This document shows, piece by piece, positions 54,026-64,000 of a DNA stretch of 64,000 nucleotides. A program made the position numbers and the translations under genes. How positions within the stretch are numbered: position 1 is the stretch's first letter; every line of letters starts with the position of its first letter. Source of the stretch: Octopus vulgaris (Eukaryota); assembly GCA_951406725.2 (NCBI GenBank), contig OX597822.1, positions 113,274,001 to 113,338,000 of the forward strand, written 5' to 3'. The notes below the pieces were generated by a model, which saw only the letters and a list, made by a program, of their open reading frames with translations, had not been told where the DNA came from and made no database searches.

Positions 54026-54026
<1 letters not shown>
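52711..54026 (+). mobile_element. RT-less ORF1-only (HAL1-like) retroelement, copy 2 (ORF1 frameshifted after the knuckle)
   Basis: Same 5' nucleotide as copy 1, period 1323 bp, tail GCCCCTAGTGGGTAATAAAGAAATAG followed by (TA)n. Confidence 0.75.
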
Positions 54027-54086
<60 letters not shown>

Positions 54087-54121
54087 TGCACACAAGCACA
54101 CACACACATATGTTCATTTAT

Positions 54122-54497
54122 TTTTTAACCTGTTTCAGTCATTTGACTGCAACCATGCCGGAGCACCGCCTTAAAGTGTTTTTAGTCAAAGAAATCGACC
54201 CAAAGACTTATTCTTTGTAAGCCTAGTACTTATTCTATCGGTTTCTGTTGCGGAGGACATAGACACACCAACATCGCTTATCAAGTGACGAAGGGGGAAC
54301 AGACACACATACATATATATATATACATATATACGACAGTCATCTTTTAGTTTCCGTCTACCAAATCCACTCGCAAGGATTTGGTCAGCGTGAGGCAACA
54401 GTAGAATCCACTTTCCCAAGGTGCCACGCAGTGGGACTGAACCCGGAACCATGTGGTTGGGAAGCAATCTTCTTACCACGCAGCCACTCCTGTGCCT
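54122..54497 (-). mobile_element. SINE family B
   Basis: Matches other family B copies. Confidence 0.85.
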
Positions 54498-54528
54498 TTG
54501 TCAATCAATCTCTCTCTCTCTCTCTCTC

Positions 54529-54564
<36 letters not shown>

Positions 54565-54651
54565 AGAAGGTGAATGAATTATCCTAGTATGGATAATTCG
54601 GTTAACCGATACCTGGGTAGCAAATTCACGTATGTATATATATATATATAT

Positions 54652-54804
54652 AATTAAAAATGAGGGTGTCTAAAAGACACCAACATGCCGAAATAGCAGT
54701 CGAAACACTGACTATAGTACCACACATTTAACGTGGTACTATAGTCAGTGTTTCGACTGCTATTTCGGCATGTTGGTGTCTTTTAGACACCCTCATTTTT
54801 AATT
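54652..54804. repeat. Perfect 72-bp inverted repeat with 9-bp spacer inside (TA)n
   Basis: Arms 54652-54723 and 54733-54804 are exact reverse complements. Confidence 0.95.
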
Positions 54805-54897
54805 GTTAAAAATTTTTTTACCTTTGTAAGGTATTTCTTTCATGCTGGCCACTTGATAATTTCGACACTTAAATATCGATATTATCCTCATATATAA

Positions 54898-54928
<31 letters not shown>

Positions 54929-54971
54929 CGGGAATTTGCTACCCAGGTATATATATATATATATATATATA

Positions 54972-55507
<536 letters not shown>

Positions 55508-55986
55508 TATATTCAGTTTTATTTCAAGATTCCTTGCCAATAGAGAAATGCTTCTTCACTGGAATTTCAGCAACATGAATAGGGTATTTTTGGATGCATA
55601 TATGTGTATTTTCATTATTTGGAGTTAGTGCATGTGCAGATCTGTATGTTTTGTTTTATGTATATATTCTCATGCATATAGTTGCATGTCTAGACATATG
55701 TATGTATGTATTTGTTGTAAATGTTAAACTATTAGTATTATTTTGCAGAGGTAGGTGATCCTTTTCGTTCTTTCGGGGCCAATAAAATAAGTAATATTTT
55801 TGAGCGCTTGGGTCCATGCAATCGACTTCTGCATCCCCACAAAATTGTTGGCCTTGTGCCAAAACTTAGAAAGAATCATTTTGAAGGGCTTTGAAAAATA
55901 TCAACCTAGCATTTACCGACAAATATGACTGTTACTGAGAGAAGAGGGAAATTTATTTTGAAGATGAAATTGACTCAGAGTTCACA

Positions 55987-56056
<70 letters not shown>

Positions 56057-56448
56057 GTGCGTGTGGTCGTGTGTGTGCGTGCGCGTATTCACATGTGTGT
56101 GTAAGTGAATTTTAGCACATACGTGTATATATGTATATATATATATACGTATGTTTATATTTACGTAAGGTCAAAAACCCTCTGGGTGGGGAGGGAAAAC
56201 TCTACATGAATTCAACTATTGTATGGTAACAACGCAAAGGCCAAATATATTCAATTCTTGGAAATAAGACTGTGAAAGTGGAAACGTTGGATATGGATTT
56301 ATGAACTCTATTATTCCAAATCAGCTGCAAAAAGCCAATAAGAAAATATGAAAACGATATGCAATAAGAAAGCTAAAGCTTAAACATAATTGTGTATGAA
56401 AGGAAACGTGCAAAAAAGAAACGCTGTTCTCCATATGTATGATTAATT

Positions 56449-56834
56449 GTGGAAGCACTCAGTCGGTTACGACGACGAGGGTTCCGGTTGATCCGAATGA
56501 ACGGAACAGCCTGCTCGTGGAATTAACGTGCAAGTGGCTGAGCACTCCACAGACACGTGAACCCTTAACGTAGTTCTCGGGGATATTCAGCGTGACACAG
56601 AGAGTGACAAGGCCGGCCCTTTGAAATACAGGTACAACAGAAACAGGAAGTAAGAGTGAGAGAAAGTTGTGGTGAAAGAGTACAGCAGGGATCACCACCA
56701 TCCCCTGCCGGAGCCTCGTGGAGCTTTAGGTGTTTTCGCTCAATAAACACTCACAACGCCCGGTCTGGGAATCGAAACCGCGATCCTATGACCGCGAGTC
56801 CGCTGCTCTAACCACCGGGCCATTGCGCCTCCAC
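56449..56834 (-). mobile_element. tRNA-derived SINE family C, full length, 14-bp TSD
   Basis: TSD ATGTATGATTAATT at 56435-56448 and 56835-56848. Confidence 0.92.
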
Positions 56835-57489
56835 ATGTATGATTAATTATACAAACTGTGAGATATTTGTAAATCAAAATCTGAGGCAGATTTGAAAATA
56901 ATAAACCAATAGATTTAAACGGATCTCTTATTTAAGGTCTCGAGTTTCTTTCAGCTGTTATATGGTCCCGTGAGTAAGACTTTAAAAATAGACTAATGCT
57001 AGATATTTTTCTACTCGCCGAGTCAAAGGAAAGGGTTGTCTCATTGTCTTCGCAAGCCCTCGAAGACTAGTGAGATTGATGCTATTAATGTACCACAAAA
57101 AAACTATTATAAGACAAAATGTGCAGAAAAGGCAAGAGCAGAGAGAAGCTTCCAGAGAATCGACGTTCCAAGGACAGAATAATTTGTAGTGGTTTATTTG
57201 TGAGGACTGGAGTAGCTAGAGTGATGAGAGAAGTAGAAATGAATGAGTAGTGAGTTGAAAGTAAAGGAAGCATGACACCAGGATATTATAGAAGAAAACG
57301 GCACAAGAAAAAGCAAACCTGAGGACCTCAAACACGATTTTCCCGGTAACTGATTTTAGGCTTATCTCTGGGTGTAGTGGAACAGCACCGTCTCATATTT
57401 AGAATTATTACATAAATAGATGTAGCGACATCACCTCTCCAAATATAGGGGTAGCGCTTTGCCAGACATAAGAACAGCAGCGACTCAGA

Positions 57490-58300
57490 TGTGGAGAACC
57501 CCTTCTACTTTTTCTTCTCCGCGGTTTCACCTCCACGAATTCCTCCTCCGTATCTACTGTTTCGGCTTCTTCTCCACACTCTTCCACGGTTGCCTCTATC
57601 TGCGTCGAACTCTCCTCCCTCTCTTTTTCCTTGCTTCGAGGGCAGTCCGCTTTTTTGTGTCCTCTTTTGCTACACAAAAAAAAACATTTCAAAGGTCTGC
57701 CCTCTACTACCACATTCAACTTGTTTCCTTCGGGCAATATTATTTCTTCAGTTATGGAATTCAGGTCTTCCAGGGTGGCTTGAATTTCCATTTCTAGCCC
57801 GTGTCCCCAAAAGTCCACCTTTTGAGTTCTTGTTGCCTTAAATATTTTCGGACTCTTGCTTCATGTGGAATAAGAGTGCCGCCGTAATCCACGTCTCGTC
57901 GTATTCGGGTGGGATTTTACCCACCCTTACTCTCGCCATTCTTTTCCCGCAGTAACTCGGTAGGAAAGCCCACTCGTCATTCCTAATCGCGTCTACTGCA
58001 TGCTCTGCTGCTACTTCCTCAGATGCGAACCTGACTTCTACCTCTCGTTACAAAAGACGCCAGGTGTTTAATATTTTTGAGTATTTTTCCTATACTCTCT
58101 GTCGTCGCGGTTTCGATTTTTCCTGTGGACAATCGTAACTTCTTATACAGGACCGTTCTTTTTTGTAAACTTTCCGAAAATTCCTTTGGCGCTACCAGAG
58201 AGAACGCTTTTCCTTGATTTGTTAGCAATTGTCCACATTCTTTAATTCTGTCTGTTTCTACCTTTACGTCCGTCACTGTTTCTTTCTTTATTATAGTCAC
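57490..58300 (-). pseudogene. Frameshifted ORF1-like CCHC protein, diverged member of the 51.4-kb family
   Basis: KRTVLYK..IETATTESI...FVTRG, LPSYCGKRMARVRVGKIPP, VVVEGRPLKCFFLCSKRGHKKADCP. Confidence 0.8.
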
Positions 58301-58467
58301 AAAGGCTCAAAATAGATGGGGGGCAAACAACAACAGACAGGACACCACAGAGGAGACAATACATAGAACGAATTGTGAATGAAATAATTCTATAATAATG
58401 AGATTAAGAATGGCTGCATACGCCTCTCATATCACATGCAGTGCCATTAATCTTGTTTACATTCTAC

Positions 58468-58898
58468 GGATCTTTTCGGTTTGACCGGCAGTTTTTTAAA
58501 ATAATTTCCACGTAACTAAACACTTTTAAACTTCGTATACTGGTAGAATGTGTTTACAAAACATCCTTTTCTCTTGGCTTTAATGAGAAAATGTTATAGT
58601 TTGTAAGATATTTGTTGTTTTTTTCTTCAATTTCTGGAATTTCATCCAATCAATGACGTCTATTGAGCTGAAAACATTCTGTGCCGTATGAATATGTCCC
58701 TCGTTTAAGAAGCAGATTGGGTTTATTTACATTTCTGAAGAAAAAAAGATACCCTTCCCCCACCCCTAACCCTAACCAACCCTAACTCTAACCCTAAAAC
58801 AGATTGAAATGCAATAGATCGATACTAGGATCATAATTATGGGTGACAATTTCATATGACACCGCTAGAAAAAACTGCCGTTCAAACCGAAGAGATCC
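58468..58898. mobile_element. Non-autonomous TIR DNA transposon with internal (CCCTAA)n
   Basis: ~30-bp TIRs GGATCTTTTCGGTTTGACCGGCAGTTTTT / AAAAACTGCCGTTCAAACCGAAGAGATCC; imperfect 8-bp TSD CATTCTAC/CATTCCAT; CCCTAA units at ~58764-58796. Confidence 0.8.
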
Positions 58899-59124
58899 CA
58901 TTCCATTATTATCGGGTATTTAAGTAACAATTAATTAACATGCAAAATACCATTGCAAGTCGCCAATCCGTGTATTCTCCAGCGGTCCACATCGGATTCC
59001 TGACGCATTGTCTTTCCAATAAAAAGTCTTATTACTCGCTATCCGTTTATTGAGGGCTCTATCTAAAAGACAGTTCTTTATTAACGGTATCACGTCATCC
59101 CAATCGATTACTGGTTCCAACTTT

Positions 59125-59447
59125 TCAAAGTACCTCCTTCCTCTTGTTATAAATGTCGTCAGTTTTTTTATGCTTTTCAAACACTCTTCAATTTCCTCCA
59201 CTGTCGCTGTATCTATCTTTCTCGTTGCTATTTTCATTGTTTTAAATATAACTGTTCGTTTTGTTACGTTGCTTGTCAGTTCTGCAGGCGGTGTTAACTT
59301 CAACGTATCTCCCTCTTTCTCCAGCAACTTCTCACATTCTTTCATTTTCCTTGGTTCTACCTTAATTTCAATTATTTCCAACGTTTCCTCCTCTATTCCA
59401 TTTCCAGTTGCCGCATAGCTGCGGCCACCCGTCGCCGTTTTCTCCAT
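59125..59447 (-). pseudogene. N-terminal fragment of a third ORF1-like family member
   Basis: MEKTATGGRSYAA...KRTVIFK...IDTATVEEIEECL....TFITRGRRY aligns with KRTIIYR...VEVVTMEWIEEAL....NFLTRGSKY. Confidence 0.75.
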
Positions 59448-59619
59448 TTTCCCCCCAATGGGGAAAAGAAACAATAATTAACAATTCGGACAGTTATAAA
59501 CGAACAAATATTTAACGCTCTCACTTACGATAAAACACTCCGTTATCAACAAATCAACGCAAAAAAATCTACGCTTTTACGACTAGCTATCACGTCCACT
59601 ATTTACACGTATTGGACTA

Positions 59620-60350
59620 GCCTACTTATCGTCTGGAGGGTGAGGTGTGGGTTAGGCTGAGGGTGAGGGTAGAGGTGGGGTATGTGGGAGTGGGTGTAAG
59701 GGATGGAGTGGAGTGGGATGGGATGGATAGGGAAGGTGGGTTGGATTGTGTGGGGTTACGAGGGAGGGGTGACATTGATGGGCGAATGGAGAGGATGGGT
59801 AGGAGTGAAGAGAAGATGTAGGAGTCGGCGCAAGAGAGGAGAGTGGGTGGGAGGAAGTAGGTGTGAGGGGGAGAGAGGCGAGGAGAGTAGGTTAGTTGAA
59901 GAGCTGAGACCATGTGGCGGAGAGAGAAGATTAATCCTTGTTCAAGGCGCAAACGGGAGTCCGGATGCCCCTATGCAAGGACAATACGAACACACAGACA
60001 GGTGTTGCAAAGAGTGACCGCTAGAGCGGAAATGGCGCGATACCGGGGTGTCGTTGCCGAGTTGGATATCTCGGAGGTATTCCGCGAACCGGTCAGCCAA
60101 GCGGCGTCCCGTTTTCCCGATGTATAGAGAAGGGCAGAGAGAGCAGGAGATACAGTAGATGACAAGTGCAGGTGAAGGAGTCGGTGATGTGATAGGGTCG
60201 ATGATGGGTGCCGGTGAGGAAGGTGGTGTTGGAGAGGTGAGGGCAAGTGCAGCAGCGTGGGCGGGAGCAGGGGAACGAACCGGGTTGGGAGGTTGGGTTA
60301 GGGAAGAAGCTGTGGACAAAGATGTCTCAGGTTGTTGGTTCGTTTGAAGG
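59620..60350 (-). mobile_element. Penelope-like element GIY-YIG endonuclease region and 3' UTR
   Basis: SFKRTNNLR..., VIYCISCSLCPSLYIGKTGRRLADRFAEYLRDI....TPVSRHF...GHS. Confidence 0.9.
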
Positions 60351-60559
60351 AGGGGAGGGGTCGGGAGTCAGGAAGAGAGTACGGTTGGACGTTTGTTTAT
60401 TATTCTCTACAATTGAAAACTACTATATATATGTGTGCGTGTGTGTCTGTCTGTCTGTGTCTATGTTGTATGCATGTATGTATGTATGCTGTATGTATGT
60501 ATGTATGTATGTATATGTTTATATGTATATATGTGTATGTTTATGTATATACACACTAC

Positions 60560-60850
60560 CTTCCATAGTAGTCGGACAAAGTCGCTCTCACAACTCGCAG
60601 CGTGAGGATTTCAGCCACAACCAAATTCAAACTACTACAAACAGAGAGGATGGCCTTGAAGTCGAAGATTTCAAACTAATGGAGACAGCACTTGTATATC
60701 GCCTGAGGAATCACAACTAGATCTTATTATGCAGTTGCATAATCAAATACCTGTAATCTTGGAGAACTACGTTGTGTCGAAACAGCTGTAGCGAATAATA
60801 AACAAATGTCCACCCGTACTCCCTCTTCCTGACCCCAATTTCCTCAATTT
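60560..60850 (+). mobile_element. Second Penelope-like 3' end + pLTR; inverted arm at ~60346-60415
   Basis: TNREDGLEV endonuclease tail; hammerhead motif; 60783-60831 recurs inverted at ~60368-60415. Confidence 0.7.
60699..60794 (+). ncRNA. Type I hammerhead-ribozyme-like motif with long stem II
   Basis: TCGC-CTGAGGA-..CACAAC...GTTGTG..-GAAA-CAGCTG-TA-GCGA; palindromic ACAGCTGT stem III, GUA site; core-proximal stem II pairs mismatched. Confidence 0.7.
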
Positions 60851-60981
60851 CATATTGACACACGTCGAAGGACCAATTTTAGGGTTCGAAGAATATAATA
60901 ATACTACCTATACTACTGGGTTATTCTAAAGGTGCACGTGCTCTGTACTGTACTCTAACACGTTACTAACGGAATACAACA

Positions 60982-61029
<48 letters not shown>

Positions 61030-61040
<11 letters not shown>

Positions 61041-61179
61041 ATTCGAGACAAAACCACTATTTTAAAACCAAACAAGGAAAGACTTAATCAATACATATTT
61101 ATTTAAAATTTTATGTATTGATTAAGTCTTTCCTTGTTTGGTTTTAAAATAGTGGTTTTGTCTCGAATTATATTATATA
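61030..61179. repeat. Perfect 68-bp inverted repeat with 14-bp spacer inside (TA)n
   Basis: Arms 61030-61097 and 61112-61179 are exact reverse complements. Confidence 0.95.
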
Positions 61180-61259
61180 ATATTTTACTATAAAATTGGA
61201 TTTAACCCTAAATCTGATTTTTTCCCTGTAATTTTGGATTCATTCCCTAATATTTATTA

Positions 61260-61327
<68 letters not shown>

Positions 61328-61725
61328 AGAGATGCATACATATACTTTTAAGAATATGTATACACGCACATATATGGATGATTCTATACATGCTGAACTA
61401 TATATGTAATTACATGTAAAAGATTTAGGCAGAATGTGTAAAAGATTTACATAAAAGAGAGGCTGCACGACACATAGAATGATAGGCAGACTTCAAGGCG
61501 ACAGTTTCATTCCCAATTGAGAATGAGTCATGTCACTGGTGGAGGGGCGGGAGACGTAGGCTGTGCTTGCGATTAATAGTTGAAAAAGGAAAAAAGAAAC
61601 GGCTCATTAAAAAACATTTTCCGAGAGATAATTTTAACTCATACGTACACAGACAAAATCCATCTCACACAAATTAAAACATACGCATAGGAGAGTATAC
61701 ATACATCCATACACACATACACACA

Positions 61726-61763
<38 letters not shown>

Positions 61764-64000
61764 TATATATATAACTGTGTGTGTGTTAGTGTGCTTGTAT
61801 GTATATACATATATGTTTATACACACGTGCATACAAATATATATTCATACACATGTATATGCACAGACATATTTATGTATATATTATACGTAGTTATATA
61901 TATGTGTGTGTGTGTTAGGTATGTATATTTATATATATGCATACATAATTTAGATATAAAGGTTACCTCCGAGCGAGATGTTTGTACGCAATCCCTATAC
62001 CTGCTAGTAATAACAGCCAAATCTTCCTCACATCACATTTTATCGCTTTTACGTTCGAGCCTACGTGAGACTAGGACTCAATCGTTAAACCACTACAATA
62101 TGTAGCTACATCACCTTCATATTACACTCTACCATTTAAAGTACGTACAGTCGATAATATAGTTCTATGTACACTGTATTTGAAAATAAGATGAGATAGT
62201 CACGGCTAGAACGTGTTTTATCATAGAGCTACTTAATCCAAACCGATCTGGGACTAACCAACAACAACAGGGGTTATTTGTATTTAATTCATCACTTATC
62301 AGGATAGTAAAGGTGCGCGGTTTAGTGGTTAGGGTATTCGGTTTACGATTGTGGGTTCTTTTCCCAGTGGTACGTCGTGTGCTTGAGCAAACATATATAT
62401 ATATATAATAAATACCAGTTGAACCCAAGGTTCGATGTAATCGACTTATCTCTTCTTCGACATTGCTAGCCTTGAACGAAAATTTGAAATCAAGAGCAGA
62501 CGAAATGCTGCTAAGCATTTTGCCCGGAGTGCTTAGCGATTCTACCAGCCCATCGCCTTCTTTCAATCAATATATTAGCAATAGGAATTACGATGGCAAT
62601 CATATCAGCTCAATAAAACTAGGTTGTAGTGCAGTGTGCGTGTATACTGATCGTAGCTATCAAGCTAAAATGTCCTCTGCTGTAATCTAACAGAATAAGA
62701 TGATCTCAAAATCGCTGATTGCATCAGTATTTTTCAGTTCACTAAATCAAATACGTTATCAAACATGAACGATTTATTTGGCTTTCTCTTTGGATAATAT
62801 ACTCATTTCGCCTCATATACTCATTACTAAAATATACTCATTACTAATATTACTAATAGCAATATACTCATTACTAAAATAAGCTCATCTTTTCAATAAT
62901 CCTGAGTTAACAGCATTTCCCCAGAATAGAGTCAATACTGAAGACAATTGCTTGAAACATCACAATACCATGGAAACCAGCATTGATCAGATGTCGCAAA
63001 TGGTTTCCCTTGAACAATAGCTCTTTGTCATTTTTTAAAATTTGCTCATTACATTATTTCATTCACTGATACTGATCTAACAGAGTTCAATAGTTTTAGT
63101 GGAAATTTTGTTGAAAATTAGTGCATGTTCTACCCTAGCAGACCACAATGTGTAATCTGTAATAGAATAGAAATGTGTAACACACCAAAAGTTTGTCTAT
63201 GTTACTTTTGTTGTCCTTACAAGGATATTTGATATTTCTGCCAATTTGGCTGAATATGAACATTTTGTACTTTACCTCCTCAGATGTTGTTCTAATCAAT
63301 GTTATGGTATTTCATAACATATTTCATTCAATAGATTAAACTCTGAGCTGTTCGGCATTCAGTGTGATTTAGAGCCTTCTTTATACAATGTCCTACTTTA
63401 TTACCCCCTTTCATTCACCCTTCTGCAAGGCCCAGAAGTCTTTTTATATCTCTCGTCTGAAGATCGTATGATGACACGCCCCAAAACACAACTACCACTA
63501 TTTCATTATATGCAAACTATTACTTTGTGGATAAAGGATGGATGGAATTAGTTGGTAAGGGCCATTATAGAAAAGTTTAAAATGGAGCTAAATGCTAGAT
63601 GGGTATATCATAAGTGGTTCGGGCATATGTTCATACCTTACAGAGTAGAAGTTCGTGATTGAAATTGGAAATATTCTACTTAAATATTTGTGTCACTGGA
63701 GCTTTAGTGATGGTGGAATCAGAGAGAAGGATTGACCAAGCAAGTTAATGTAACGAAGTGTGAGTTTGAGAAGCTGAGCATTGTTACAGATACCTTCGAG
63801 ATGCCCACGGAACTAGATATCTAAAAAAATATTTCGCTTCGTCTGTCTACAATCCTTTGAAGATCTGGCATGCTATGCAGTATATTAATTTAGAAGCGGT
63901 ACAACCGAAATGGTGGATTACATTGACGTAAACTTGCAGCCTTGTAGAACTGTGGTGCCGGATATATAGTATCATCGGGGACAGCAAAGATATAGATTAC

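Noticed and set aside
59560-59640. Hammerhead at the 3' end of the GIY-YIG element (- strand CAGACGA...GTAA)
   Set aside because: Position fits, but both core boxes and stem III are too degenerate to call
62930-62970. CTGAAGA...GAAA hammerhead candidate (also CTGAGGA at ~12720 - and ~41097 +)
   Set aside because: No consistent stems I and III or UH site

Overview
AT-rich, repeat-dominated eukaryotic DNA. The tRNA-derived SINE families and very high microsatellite load are those I recognise from Octopus (coleoid cephalopod); this taxon call is from memory, not a search. No convincing multi-exon host gene is visible; there is one candidate first exon/promoter at ~29.4-29.8 kb (-). Nearly all ORF-track entries are microsatellite or antisense artefacts. 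Real content: (1) at least three SINE families, several copies with clear target-site duplications (TSDs) and swapped modules; (2) decayed LINE fragments (CR1-like, RTE, R4/Dong); (3) a full-length decayed mariner carrying a nested 4-unit tandem SINE, a full-length decayed hAT, a Tc1 fragment, MITEs and non-autonomous Helitrons; (4) many Penelope-like element (PLE) remnants, about 10 carrying hammerhead-ribozyme-like motifs, plus fold-back inserts in (TA)n; (5) a cluster at 51.4-59.5 kb of RT-less elements encoding a CCHC zinc-knuckle ORF1-like protein. The two 1.32-kb tandem copies of the last show a synonymous-substitution excess and share their 3' tail with the commonest SINE. The most promising leads are this HAL1-like/SINE shared-tail system and the variant hammerheads.
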